Below, piece after piece: positions 23,855 to 36,246 of a stretch of 64,000 nucleotides of DNA. Numbering within the stretch: the stretch's first letter is position 1; every line of letters starts with the position of its first letter. Origin of the DNA: Minutocellus sp. GHC0000111 (lineage: Eukaryota). The notes under the pieces were generated by a model, which worked only from the letters and a program-made list of their open reading frames with translations, was not told the DNA's origin and searched no databases. The stretch spans positions 620,001-684,000 of the forward strand of contig OZ361260.1 in NCBI GenBank assembly GCA_977018835.1, given 5' to 3'. A program made the translations under genes and the position numbers.

Positions 23855-24362
23855 GCGTGCCAGTTACGTAGCTGGAAAGAGTTCAATCTCCACCAATACT
23901 TTCACGCACACAGGTCAAGTCTCAAGCCAAAGATTGAGGGCGGCGAAGGTGCGAGAGCAGTTTTCCCTGCTTGTTTTCACTTGTGCTAGCTTTTGGAAGC
24001 ACCCTCTCTTTTGGAAGAGAAGTAAGAACGATGGAAGGAACGAATGATAAACCAACGTTATCACTTCCTTTGTGCTTCGCTCCGTAGATTATTATGGGTT
24101 GGGCGGTCCAGGGTTGTACGTCATCGGCACAGCGGCATTTTTGTTGGTGGCGATGGCGAGCGAGCGAGGCCGAGGCGGCGAGGCTTCCCGCAAACAATGG
24201 CTGCCTACCAAGAAATTTCGCAAGAGCCTGCTTCTTTTTCGTCACATAATGACGTACAAAAGAAACTAGCGAAGCCGAATCCTTTTCGAAGATTTGCGCC
24301 CGTGGCGCGGTTTGCTTGACGCCAAACACATATCACTGCTCCACCCAAAGCACCAAAGTGAC

Positions 24363-25502
24363 ATGACGACTCATCCTGCCCACAAATCGGCACCGAAGCA
24401 CACTCTCTTGCATCTTGTTCTCAATTTATTAATCTTTGCATCGGCATCATCCCAGGCGGCATCGTTCGTGCCCCATAACGACCCCCCGCCATCTCCATCA
24501 ACACAGCAATTCATCGATCGTGTCCAGACCAGCCCACGAAGTGAGGTGAAGATGCGTGCCTGGACCTGTCATGGACGAACTCAGAAGGAAATGGTCGATA
24601 AGTTGGCGTCGGTGAGTTGATATCAATAATCGTGGCCAATGAATTGCTTTGTTCGTGGATTGTTCTCTGTTCTACAATTCGATCCCACACTTACCCAATA
24701 ATATCTTTGTACATAATCGTGGCCAAAGAATATCTTTATTTATGGATTGTATCTGTTCTACAATTCGATCCCACACCTGACTCATATTTTTTTCGCACAC
24801 TCCCACACCCATATCTTTTTCCAGGCCGGGATCATCAAACACAAACCCACGCAGGAGGCCATGATCAAAGTTGATCGAGCCAACTATGCCGGTGGTCGAA
24901 GCGGTGCTTACGTCGACTCGCCCCAGCCCATTGGATACGGTCAAACGATTTCGGCGCCTCACATGCATGCCCATGCCCTGGAGGAACTGATGCCCACTCT
25001 CCAAAAGGCTGCGCTGGACCACCCCGATGAGGAGATCAAGATACTTGATGTTGGCTGTGGCAGTGGCTATCTCACCGCGTGCTTTGGTCGGCTCGTCGAT
25101 CGTGGTCCCAACGGACCCATCCTTCCCGTCAAGGGCCGCGTTTATGGCATTGATGCCTGGAGCGAGCTTGTGGACTTCTCCCGGGCCAACATGATGAAGG
25201 AAGACTCGGATTTATTCGACTCTGGTACCGTTTCGTTGCAGTATGGCGATGGATGGGAGGGTTTGCCAGACGCTGGTCCGTTCAATGCCATTCACGTTGG
25301 GGCTGCTGCAGCAAGCTTTCCGAAGTCTCTAATGAGACAACTTGCTGTTGGTGGAATAATGGTCATTCCAGTAGGGCCCGACGGAGGGGTCCAAAGTCTC
25401 TATAAAGTGGAAAAGGTGAAAGACTCCCCAAAGTTTGATGAAGACGATTATATGATTAAAAATTTGCTCGGGGTGAGATATGTGCCTCTGTTTCATCCCT
25501 GA
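24363..25502 (+). CDS. PCMT1: Protein-L-isoaspartate O-methyltransferase (PIMT) with N-terminal targeting extension; intron 24612-24824
   Basis: YVDSPQPIGYGQTISAPHMHA, LDVGCGSGYL, GDGWEG, PFNAIHVGAAA, GVRYVPL. Confidence 0.93.
24626..24776 (+). repeat. Diverged direct repeat (~65 bp, period 87) inside the PIMT intron
   Basis: ATAATCGTGGCCAA...TCTGTTCTACAATTCGATCCCACAC at 24626-24690 and 24713-24776. Confidence 0.85.
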
Positions 25503-25582
25503 GCTGAAGCTAGCTAGCACGGGCTAGATATACAGTAGATCTATCTTGTATTCTTGGATTGTTTTGTGCGCATAACTTGAAT

Positions 25583-27541
25583 TTAAACATCATTATCTTG
25601 CCTATTGATACTATTTTCTCGATTCTTGTGAAGTAACTCGTATTTGTAGCTGCTCAATTTGAGTTTGTGACGAACTCGTTTCAATCGTTTCTTGGCAAGC
25701 CGCTCGAGATCTTGTTTGGTCAGGCTTCCTGATCTGTTTGTATCGAGCTGATCGAATTGCTGATGCAGCTCATTGAGCAGGTCAGGATCGACCTTCTTCA
25801 ATGTAAGCAACATGAACTCAACGTAATCCAACTTGCTCACCTCGCCGTCTCGATCCCAGTCCATTATCTGAAGATCGCCCACCTTTAATTCCTGAGACCA
25901 GACACGTTTCTGATATACTGCACGCCTGCGTTCCACAATGAAGTTGGCTACTGTACCAAGAGTATGCCCAACAGCCCCAACAGCCAGTGGAATAAAGAAA
26001 ATAGCAAATACTTTCATGGAAGTAGACTGTGGAACAACATCTCCATAGCCAATCGTTGCACTAGTCGAGACGAAAAAGTAGCATGCGTCCACGTAGTGCC
26101 AATCTTCGAGGTAGGCAAAGAGAAACGATGCAAGCACAATGGGTATCAGTGCCGGTAGATATCGACACAATAAGGAAAACATAGACATGTACCACCGAGC
26201 ATGCTCGTCCAGAAGTCGTTTCTTGAACAGATCTTTCTTGGACAACTCGGCTTCATCTGCCTGCAACGACTCGAGAGATTCGAGCGATGTATAACTCGCA
26301 TTGCTGGTCAAGCTCATAAGGGATTCGGTGCTATTGGTTCGGCTAAAGAGGCCCGACGACAATGGCTGGCCCTGTCCACGTTTCTTCTTGAGTCGAAAGA
26401 ATCCAGTCACCTTACTCGTCATTTCTTTATTTGCATTCTCCACCGCACTAACTTGGTACTCTACTAATCGACTTCCCAACACACCAATAACGAGACCGAA
26501 AAATACGATGCTCGTCATTGCAAAAATGGACGTGAATATCTTGGACGCATGAGAAGATGGAACAATATCCCCAAAGCCTACCAACGTGCCGGTGACAATT
26601 GTGAAGTAGAGGGAATCGACGATGCTCCAATTCTCAAATACAAACGAGTACCCAATAACGCCGATGATAAGGTAGAGGATAATTGCTAAAGCACATTCCA
26701 CCAAAGTGATTTCGTATGGCAGATCAAGGTCGCCAAAAGCCGTCGAGACGGCCGATCTTTTCGTATCTTCCTTTCCAATAACACTACCACCTTCGTACCC
26801 ACTAAAGATGCTGCCATGGGCCGACGCACCATCATCAAGTAATTCTCCATCGTCGCCTGCCAAGGACCTGTTGTGGTCTGAAAACGAATGAACCATAAAC
26901 GAGCCCCGCTTTATGCGGTCCCTCATTTTCATCCACAGCTCCTTGGCGCTCCGGGGTGGCTCTTGTGCCTGCGCCTCTTCATTGTTCGCATCGCCGATCA
27001 AATCATCACCCATGAAAAACCCAGAACTGTTTTGATCTACCCTGTTCAAAACAGCGCCATATCCTGGCACATGATACACCTCCTCGACATTCCGCCCCTC
27101 CTCTGATGTAAAGAAAGGAACGTCCTCCGGGCTCATGAACGGAACCTGCTTCTCGTCATCGGTGCTGTCCGTCCCGTGGCTGCCCTCCAGCGAATGGTGG
27201 TCTCCGTCAACGCTTACGTTGGACGGTGTCACCGTCCCACCCCGTGCCTTGATCGTTTTTGCCCGCTGGATGACCGGCGGCGGTCGCGGCGGCGGCGATG
27301 CACTACGTGCTCGGAACCGCACCGATGGCGCAGTGACGCTGCTTTGATCGGCATCGGGATCAGCTCTGTGCCCACCATGTCGTCGCCCATGCGGAGAGAG
27401 GGATCGTCCGACGACACCAAAGTATCGACTTCGGTTGACGTGCCGAGGCGTCTTGCTGAACGTCACGGTCGGGACAGGGGCGATCCCCTGGTCGTCTGGA
27501 TCCCACAGATCGATGTCCGCCTCTTGAATATCGTCCGCCAT
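25583..27541 (-). CDS. Two-pore potassium channel (TPK/KCO-like) with two EF-hands
   Basis: Pore loops GTLVGFGD and SATIGYGD, four TM helices, EF-hands DWDRDGEVSKLDY and DTNRSGSLTKQDL; likely start MADDIQ at 27541. Confidence 0.9.
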   Translation of the reverse strand: MADDIQEADIDLWDPDDQGIAPVPTVTFSKTPRHVNRSRYFGVVGRSLSPHGRRHGGHRADPDADQSSVTAPSVRFRARSASPPPRPPPVIQRAKTIKARGGTVTPSNVSVDGDHHSLEGSHGTDSTDDEKQVPFMSPEDVPFFTSEEGRNVEEVYHVPGYGAVLNRVDQNSSGFFMGDDLIGDANNEEAQAQEPPRSAKELWMKMRDRIKRGSFMVHSFSDHNRSLAGDDGELLDDGASAHGSIFSGYEGGSVIGKEDTKRSAVSTAFGDLDLPYEITLVECALAIILYLIIGVIGYSFVFENWSIVDSLYFTIVTGTLVGFGDIVPSSHASKIFTSIFAMTSIVFFGLVIGVLGSRLVEYQVSAVENANKEMTSKVTGFFRLKKKRGQGQPLSSGLFSRTNSTESLMSLTSNASYTSLESLESLQADEAELSKKDLFKKRLLDEHARWYMSMFSLLCRYLPALIPIVLASFLFAYLEDWHYVDACYFFVSTSATIGYGDVVPQSTSMKVFAIFFIPLAVGAVGHTLGTVANFIVERRRAVYQKRVWSQELKVGDLQIMDWDRDGEVSKLDYVEFMLLTLKKVDPDLLNELHQQFDQLDTNRSGSLTKQDLERLAKKRLKRVRHKLKLSSYKYELLHKNRENSINRQDNDV

Positions 27542-27746
27542 TCTAGCTAGTCGTGTCAGGAGCGACGATGATATATGTCCGCATCGATTGGGAGGTGAGA
27601 GGTGAGCGAGCGGGCAGATGCAGAGGTGATGTGAGCGAGACGCACCTGACGTCACCAAGGAAACCTTAGCGAACATTGCATGCGGTCTGTCCTTCCCCCG
27701 ATCGAGGCAAGGAGGCTCATATTTTGTAGCCGTAGCTGTTGCCACC

Positions 27747-29530
27747 ATGACCGGCAGCGACGCCTCCCTCCTCTTCCGCTCGGCCATCGCCACGTCGGTG
27801 TCCAATCTGGACTCATTCCGGAGGGATCGCCCCAACCTCGACACTCGGAAGGAGGGATGGACAGAACATTGGGGAGGGAACGACGCATCATCCAGCAGTG
27901 CCAGTGCCGACGACGAGGCAGACACGTGCGGTTGGAGGGCAAAGCCGGAGGATTGGGATGCGGAGGATGTGGTTGCTCTGCGGTGAGTTCAATCTCGTTT
28001 GTCTTACCTGTATTATGATGCATAGTTCATCTCTGGCTCGTCCCCACTCACTTCACACTCCACACCTCACGCCCCTTTCTTTTGAATCCTCTTGCATTCG
28101 TCAGTACCAAGGAATCGGCCACGCCTTTCCCATCGATACCATTGACCTTGTATCAGCACCGAGTTGCGTGGCAAGAGCAGCTGTTCCTCCGTATTGCCAA
28201 GATCCCTCACATTGTAATCAACTCGCCTTACAATTCATCGGAGGCCGCTGGGAAGCTGCCCTGCCTCAAGGATGTCGGTTCGTTCACATCAGCAAGTGCA
28301 GGTGAAGATGCCGACGGTGCTTCGGCAACTTCTAGACCACCAGCACTCGTCGGGAGGCGCAATCCAGGCGGTGCCGGAACTCACGCCACTGGCTTTTTGG
28401 ACAGCTCACAGCACCATGTCCCCTCTGGCAGCCACATCATCGACTACCTGCGAACGTCTGATCACAATATTGACCTCGACAAAGACATGGACGCAACTCA
28501 GTCGGCCGACGCTTTGGCATACAGCGCCATGATTGATCAGACTCTGAACGTGGTTTTGTCAGCGTTGCGATATGGTCACTTTCATGCGTGGGATGAGGTA
28601 TACCGTCACCAATCTTTGGCTGCCTGTCTCGACCCGAACGGTACGAACAGCTACATCGAAAAGAAGAGACGTGGGGGCTTCTTCAACTGGGCCAGCTGGT
28701 TTCAGGTTTGGTCTGAAAGGATGGTGTCACTAAAGGAGTTGAAGTTGTCCAATACCACGATGAGAGATGAGTTATTTGGTGGCGAAGAAAATGTTCGTGT
28801 GGAGCGGGCAGTGGCCATGGCGAGGCGGTGCTATTCGGCACTCAATGCTCGTCTGGCCAAAAACAGCGGAACTACATTGCTCGGAACCAAGCACCTTACG
28901 ACCGTCGACGTTATGCTCTTTGCTCATCTCGCTGAGGCTCTGTGCGATCTCCATCTGGTTACCATCTTATCTGAATACGAAAGCCTGGTCAAGTTCTTTC
29001 AAATTACCTTTGAGATGTATTTTGGCAGCGACGCTGGTACCAAAGAGGAATGGATGCAGTGGAACAATCGAGCTAATGGAAGCAATGCGTTCAACCATGT
29101 TCCAATTGGAAGTGGGCGGGTTGGGATTCGCACATCGGAATATAAAGATGCCATTAAGCTGATGCAGACTGTAGCCTTGCATTGTCACGATCTCAGCCAG
29201 GCTTTGGCAGATGTGGCGATGGTACGAGGCAAGGAGGATAACTTAGTCCAGGCTGGGAATGCTAGAAAGGCAGGCGAAATGTTTCATCGATGGAGGATGC
29301 ATGGGACATTGTCAGACGAGAGAGAAAGCGACAACTTGGCAGCCAAGAAGAAGAAAAAGCGCGCAAGTGACGATTCTGACGACGAGGAGGACGAAATGAC
29401 CAAGAAAAATCGAAAGCACATGGAGCAGCTCAAGAGAGACGCTAAAGCCAACGATGAATTGTGGGTTAGTGGCGTTATCCTGGGTTCTATCGCGGCTTAT
29501 GCCCTCGCTGCTGCTTCTGCCAGTTCTTAG
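27747..29530 (+). CDS. Metaxin/Sam37-like GST-fold protein with C-terminal membrane anchor (intron 27983-28104)
   Basis: LFLRIAKIP...GKLPCL, HIIDYL, CYSALNARL...LLG...TTVDVMLFAHL, terminal TM helix; gtgagt...tcag intron in frame. Confidence 0.75.
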
Positions 29531-29539
29531 TCTATAATT

Positions 29540-31041
29540 TTATCCAAAAATCTCTTTGACTGATAATTGAAACATGAAAGTATGGTCATGGTTAGACCCG
29601 GCAACTTGGTGTAATTGGTGGTGAGCATTTTTCTCTCCGGCGCCGAACAGTGCTAAAGAGTTGAAATAACGATGGGACCTTTCAAGCCGACACCCCCCCC
29701 CTGAAAGAGGTCGTCTTCACACATTCCTGCTAGAGGCAAAACATCTTTAGTCCCAGCAAGATATGTGACCTTTCGCTCCAGGAAGCGCCGGCGCAAAGAA
29801 TCAACCCCCCCTACCAACTCTATAGCACGATCTCGATAGGGCGCGACAACATCTCCTCCATCGTCCAAGCCCCATTTATATTGATTGAAACGAGGACACA
29901 CCTGGATCTTATCCTCGTGCGGTTGCTTATACTCATCATCTATATACCGTCGATCATCAAGATAACAATATGATCGAGGATTAGCAGCGACAAGTCTAAC
30001 CTGGATGTTTCGCATCCCTTCTGTGTTTGTTTGAGATATCTTGGCATCGAGCGCCCAATGCGACGATAGCAAAGCATATCGCCGAACGAACTGCCCACCC
30101 GCGGAATGACCGGCAATAGCAATGGCCTCTAAATTTGGATAGAAACTTCTTTGATCCAAGATAAAATGATCTAACAGACTGTCAATAGTGTCGAATGAAC
30201 TGATTCCACCTCGAATGGATTCTGATCCATAGCGCCATGTATGTTCTATCGGATAGGTTTCGTTCCACCGAGCTGGAAGCGCACCGGCTTGTGTGGGCTT
30301 GAAATCAGGCTCTAAATCTTCGGGGACTAGGAAATGAGGTGATACGACCAACACTGAATCAGGGGTATACCGACTCTGCAATTGGATCGTACCAACCGCG
30401 GCACATAGGTAGTCATCTGCTATTCTCGAGCTTCCGTGGATAGCAATAAAAATAAATCGCGCACCTGGTTTGGCTTCACTGATCGAACCCATATTGGAGT
30501 AATAAGCTAGTTCATAGTTGGATTGGCCTTTTGTGGGAAATCCATGCACAGTCTCCAAAGCTTCTCGATTCAAGGTGCACAGGTGATACCGAGGGAAGAA
30601 TGGCGGGTGAATCGCATCTGTTTGGTTGCTACAAATGGTGCCGCGATTGTGACCGCTTCTACGCAATAGTTTTCTACTCTTCTTCACGTCAACTTCTTCT
30701 TCATCTGCGACACGGCTACAATATTCATTGATCTTTCCATCTATGTCTATTTGCGACGTACATCTGTAGCCGGCAGGGCAGCCGGTGAAGATGGGCTGAC
30801 CCCACGGACTGCCACTCCTCGAACTTCCGCAGCAGACACCAGGTCCAGTCGCAATGTGGGAATTCGGGGGAATGCAACTTGATGCATTGGCAAGTAGCTG
30901 CCCATTTGCGTTGTAGACAGGGCAACATGTGTTGTCAGACGGGCAAACGCCCCCGCCGAGCGATGGGCTACATCGGACGGCAGCTTGGCAGCAGGCGATG
31001 ACCAGAAGGAAGGAGGTTGGGAAGAGGGATGTTCGTGTCAT
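29540..31041 (-). CDS. Secreted alpha/beta hydrolase with granulin-like Cys-rich N-terminus; frameshift in the G9 run at 29693-29701
   Basis: Signal peptide; CPSDNTCC...CC...CPAGYRC; IHG; nucleophile elbow GHSAGGQ. The shifted frame continues QG-CRLERSHRYF...VAGSNHDHTFMF (likely catalytic His) to a stop at 29540-29542. Confidence 0.8.
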
Positions 31042-31629
31042 CTATCGTGGCAACTGACCCGATGCAAGTATGCGAATGTAATCTTCGCAACAGTCAAGGC
31101 AGGGTGCGGCTAGCTACTACGTAGGAAATGAAAGATGCGGCACCCCCCGTATCTTCATCAATCTGTGACAAAGGCACTTCTCGACTTTCACCATGAACTC
31201 CGAAATATCCATAAGAGTACTCATTCTCATTTAGATCAGCGGACCGACCACGAACAGACGAAACAAAATAATTGATTGCTGCTCTGCTGCAGCTGATGAA
31301 TTCCCGGCCATGAACACCAACCCTTCGTGCGTGGGCATCAAGGCTGCATGTACTGGAAATGCGATCCCCCCTCACTTGGCCTGTCTGCCGCCGGTTTTTA
31401 CCGTACCGGTACCTGTCTCTTTTTCTGGCAAAAGTTTTACCTCCACCAAGACCTTCCTCCTCCTCTCCTCCTCCTCCTCATCATCATGGGCCTCCCTTGT
31501 TTCCACCAAATGCAGATGTTTGCATTTGCACAAAATGATGCATCGATGCTTCGAATAAGCGATCGAAGCATATCGAAGTATATATATACATTGCTACTAT
31601 TATATGTCGCCTTACCGGCATTCGTTGAC

Positions 31630-32178
31630 TTATTTCTTCTTCTTGCCCTTTTTGCCCTTGCTCATTTTATCTCCACCAGCAGCGTCCGCCGCCTCCTTGG
31701 CACCACCATCATCGCCACCGGCCGCCGCCTGGTCGTCTTCGCTCTCCTTCACCCGAATCCCCATGCTCCGCGCCGTACCGATGACGCTCCGGGCCACCCC
31801 ATCGAGGGGCAGGTGCCACCGATGCTGATCGGCGCTCTTGACCTTGGCAATCTCGTACACGGCCTCGGGCGTAATAAATCCCACGGGGGTGTCGGCGTTG
31901 GGGCTGTTGGGTCCCTTGTCGACGCCCGCGGCCTTCTTCACCAGGTAGCTGGTCGGCGGACTCCGCACGTCGAAGGTGAAGGACCGGTCGCTCAACGCGC
32001 TGAGCTGGACGGTGAGGGGCGTCTCCTTCTCGTAGCCCATGGTCTCGGTCTTGTCGTTGAACTGCTTGCAGAAGTCGGCCATGTTGATGCCCAGGGGACC
32101 CAGCGCTTGGCCGATCGCAGGACCCGGCCGGGCGGCGCCCGCCGGTACCCGCAGCTTCACGTGCCGTACGAGGGACAT
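31630..32178 (-). CDS. MRPL11: Ribosomal protein uL11, probably mitochondrial
   Basis: VKLRVPAGAARPGPAIGQALGPLGINMADFCKQFN, DRSFTF...PPTSYL, YEIAKVK, GTARSMGI. Confidence 0.93.
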   Translation of the reverse strand: MSLVRHVKLRVPAGAARPGPAIGQALGPLGINMADFCKQFNDKTETMGYEKETPLTVQLSALSDRSFTFDVRSPPTSYLVKKAAGVDKGPNSPNADTPVGFITPEAVYEIAKVKSADQHRWHLPLDGVARSVIGTARSMGIRVKESEDDQAAAGGDDGGAKEAADAAGGDKMSKGKKGKKKK

Positions 32179-32573
32179 GTCTCGTTATGAATGAGCGGCA
32201 CCGGCATGGTTCGCGGTGCGAGAGCGAGCGAGCGAGCGAAAACGATGGTCTGTCCGTCGCACGCAAATCATGCCGTCAGATCTTGGAGACAACGGTATCG
32301 GTATCGGTGCTACGTGTACCCACTGACTTCTATCCTCTGCCTGTGCAATCTATTGGCAAAACAGTTATAATCTATCGTGGAGGGATTTTGGAGTGCTCGG
32401 TCTTTGGCGCGATCCTTTCGAGTTTCCAGAACGACTTGATCCGGGGCCGGCCGACGATTTTTTTTTCTCTGTCCCACCTGCCTGGGCCATCCATCTCATC
32501 CATCGCTGCTCCCACGACACGAGCCAAGTTCAGTTAGGTCAAGGTCAGACCAAGCCAAGTCGGCGCTGCCACC

Positions 32574-34486
32574 ATGACGTCCTCGCTTGCCGCCGACAAC
32601 GACCAAATGATGGCCCTAAAACTGCCCGCGGGTTGTACCTCTGTATCCTGGCGAGTGGAGGCGGGCGCCTCGGTCCGAGCGGGGGACGTGCTGGGATACT
32701 GCATCAGCGGCGGTGATGGGGCGAAGGGCAATGCAAGTGGCGGTTCAAATGCGGGTGCGAGTGGTAGCGGCAGTGGTACCGCTAGCGGTGGCCTAATCCG
32801 GCCCAAGAAGCGCGCCCGGCCACGGCACAAGGCAGCAGCGGCGGCCACGGCGGCGGTGGTGGTGACATCATCCGACAAGCAGCAAAAGGCTTTGACTTCA
32901 ACAACGACAGCAGCAGTCCCCAAGAAAAAGGCCGGCGGCCTGAGTCTGGGATCGCTCGTGGCCGGCATCGGTCGGACCGATTCGACCCTCACGGGGGGCG
33001 GCAGCACCACCTCCGGCGGTACCGGCACGACCAACAGCAGCGTTGCCGGTGACGATGGGACGGCCGAGGAGGAGACTCCCAAGGGTGGCAAGACCAATGG
33101 CACAGCGAGTACCACCGGTACTGGTACCTCCGTCAGCGGCGGAGTTCCATCGTCAATTCCACTCAAGGCACCCTCGGATGGGTCCTTCGCATCGCCGCCG
33201 GGAGCAGCGGCAGTGACCCCAAAGGTGCCGAGGGTGGTGGCATCACGATTGTTGGCTACGTCGAACCATGTCACCACCCGGCCGTTATTGATGGCCTGTG
33301 TGCCGTCTGCGGATCCACCGTCGATCGAAAGGGAGGGTCGGCTGTTAGTGGTGGTGCCACAGCAGCGTCATCATCGTCGCCGTCGCCATCGTCTTCGTCA
33401 TCATCTTTGCATTCCCACCCCCCGACAGGCAAAAGCACCCCCGGAGGCACCGCCACTGCCGGTGCTGCTGGTAGCAGCCACCTCACCGTATCGGGAGGTC
33501 TGACCATATCCATATCGCAATCGGAGGCCAAATCCATCGCGTCCGATTCCTCCGCCCGCCTCCGGTCGGCCAAGAAGCTGTCCCTCGTCCTGGATCTGGA
33601 CCACACCATCCTCCGCGCCACGGCCGACCCCCGGGCCGAGGCCTACGTGGCGCGGTCCTGCCTCCTCCTCGACGACGAGAATCCATTTTCGGGTTTTGCC
33701 GATGTCAACAATGAGGCCGGCGTCGACGTGACCAAGGCTGGGGGTGAGAAGGATAATAGGGCAGAAAGTATCGAGGATGAAGAACAGCAAGAGAGACAGC
33801 TTCTATGGATGGGCGATATTTTACGTCGAGTCCATGACCGGTATTATGCCGCAACAGTGAGCGAGGAGAAGCGCGATCGGCTCTCTGTCCCGGGAATACT
33901 TTGCGATTTAAGGAGAAATGTTCTGGGCTCGTCTCCTTCTTGCAAGGTCGTCTTGAGTGGACTGGTACCTCTACACAAACAGAATCAGATGGCCACCGGT
34001 GCCACCGTCCGACCTTCGATTGTTCGGTATGCCGAGAGTCTCGGTGCTAAAGTTATGGCTGACGTAAACTCAGACTCAACGCATGTCATTGCCGCGAGAG
34101 ACGGTACAGAGAAGACACTAAAGGCCCGAAAGGTCCCCGGCTGTGCCGTCGTCCGGATCTCATGGCTCATGGAGTGCTGGTGGTCGATTACACGCCGAGA
34201 GCTTACACCAAATCACCTCATCGGGCCACCGCCAAAGGTTCCCCACGGTAGAACTAGGAAGCCAATTGCTCCCAAACCTGCCAAGCCATCTGTTACTAAG
34301 GATGATGTTTCGGAAGAAATAGGAAACAGGTTGCTCTTGAGCGGAAGCGACAGCAGCGAAGATGAAGACTTTGCTGCTGAAATGGAAGCAGGGCTAGAAA
34401 TCGCTGTATCCTGGTCTTCTTGTCTTTTTTTACCGGCAAGCCTCTCTAGAGTAGCTGGGCCAAATAAGTCATATGCGTCTTTATGA
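32574..34486 (+). pseudogene. FCP1: RNA polymerase II CTD phosphatase FCP1-like gene, disrupted as assembled (frameshift ~33183, apparent deletion of most of the FCPH domain ~33680)
   Basis: N-terminal sandwich-like segment; EPCHHPAVIDGLCAVCG in the shifted frame; KKLSLVLDLDHT; immediate jump to FADVNN; BRCT domain (VVLSG...THVIAARDGTEK...VVRISWLMEC). Confidence 0.78.
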
Positions 34487-34576
34487 TAGTAGTTACATAC
34501 CAATAGCTGCATCTCATGCTAGTACAGTAGCTAGTAAAACACACTAGCTGTAGGAACCCCTACACCCAATACATTT

Positions 34577-36246
34577 TTATTTCTTTGCGGGCTGCTTTTT
34601 GTTTAGTCCCAGTAGAGAGTTGGCTGCTTCCTCGCCTTCGTCATCAGAATCGCCACTCTCATGCTCACCATCATCATCCTGGTCCTCCTTTGCGCCGGTG
34701 TTATCATCGTCGTCATCATTATAAGTGCCCAATTTTTGCTTCTTTCGCTTCAGATTTCGGATACGACGGCACAGATTGTTTCTATGCTGTTGTAGAGATA
34801 CGCCGTCTTCACATAGATTGAAAATGGACGAGAAAAGAACAAGAAGGATGCGTAAATGTTTGTAGACTGATCTAGTCCATGCAAAGAAACAAAGGATATT
34901 CTAGACCTACCTTCGCATACCATGCCGGTGGCACCCCCTTGCCGGGCCTGGAAGACAAAGCCAGCGTCAACAAGGACATCGAAATGAGACATCTCCGGAT
35001 TTGCAAGCTTCAACTCGACAGCGCGGTCCATCTTGGGATTTCGGATGCCTCTCCCTCGTGCCGCAGCTCGCTTTTTCGTATCCGCAGGCTGCGCTCCACT
35101 GGAACCGCCATCGACACTGCTGGCGCTTGCGGTGGTGGCTATGGCGGCTGTTGCGGCGGATGTGCCCTGACTTGGCGGTGCTCCTGGCTGCAAGGCTGCT
35201 GCCATGTTTTCAGCGGATGCATGGCATGTGGCGGCGACTGGTAGTTGTTGTCCGTAAAGGCTTGTGCCCAATGAAGACGCAGTATCAGCAGCTTGGCTCG
35301 CTGCAATCTGCTGAAGTAGTGATTCTACTAAAGAGCTGCTGAAAGAAGGCTGCACTGCCGGCACAGAGTTGGAGGCTGACATTGCGGACCCAGACAGTAA
35401 CAAATGATGCGCCAGGCCAGAGTTACTGAAAATGGCGGCCGGCGGTGGATTTGAAGGAGCAAGAAAAGTGGGGAGAGCAGCAATGGGTCCCAGCCGTTGC
35501 TGCGCTCTTGTATTCTCCACAGAAATACGATTTACCATCCAGTTTCCCATATTTACGACCAAGTTGCCGCCCAGATCGGACGGAATTCGATCGACCGGAA
35601 GGGCAAATTCAGCCAGGCTCTGGAGGACCTGCAAAGTCGAACCCTTGTGCATCTTGAGCCGCAGACGGATGGGTTTCGGAACCAGGCGTTGCATGGCACG
35701 GACAATGGAAGAAATTCTATCAGAGGAAGCGCTGGCAGTAGAAGCCGACTCTCCACCTACACCGCTCTCGAGGCAACACGCGTGAAAGGCCCTGAACGGC
35801 ACGGGGAAAACGCCGCTCAGTATTCCCAGATACTGGTCCAACCTCTTGCTGGTCTGTTCCCACTCCAGGTTTGTCACATGGTACAGGAAGACAACGCCTC
35901 TCCTATCGAGGTTGTTGTTGTTGGCATGGTCCTCGGCAATGGTTTCGAGGAGATACCAGAGCGTCCGTAGCTCCCGTTCAACGCTGTATTGTCCCAAGTT
36001 GCGGTTGGCAGGCTTGCAATACAGGACGGTCCGGCCTGCGGCATCGGGCACAGGCAGTATGTGCCAGATGTGACGATTGGACAGGTCCAGCACCTCGTGG
36101 CGGAGGGCACCGCCCAACGTCATTGGGAGGTGGGCCGACTCGGGACCAAAGAGCTCGACGCGGTGGTGCCAGTACCGGACGATCATGTGCCGCACTTTCT
36201 GGAATTCCACGAATGAATGAATGAATCGAATGAATCGGCTCATCAC
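34577..36246 (-). CDS. CRAL-TRIO (Sec14)-like domain protein with low-complexity tail; intron ~34809-34910; 5' end uncertain
   Basis: YWHHRVELFG, DAAGRTVLY, FPVPFRAFH, IPSDLGG. A spliced last exon reads DGVSLQQHRNNLCRRIR to a stop at 34577-34579. Confidence 0.7.

Noticed and set aside
19359..25502. Three methyltransferases plus a sulfotransferase as a biosynthetic cluster
   Set aside because: The families are unrelated, predicted compartments differ, two act on proteins, and there is no scaffold-building enzyme.
31094..31560. Short ORFs between the hydrolase and uL11 genes
   Set aside because: Fragmentary and low-complexity with no recognisable motif or splice model; at most a gene relic.
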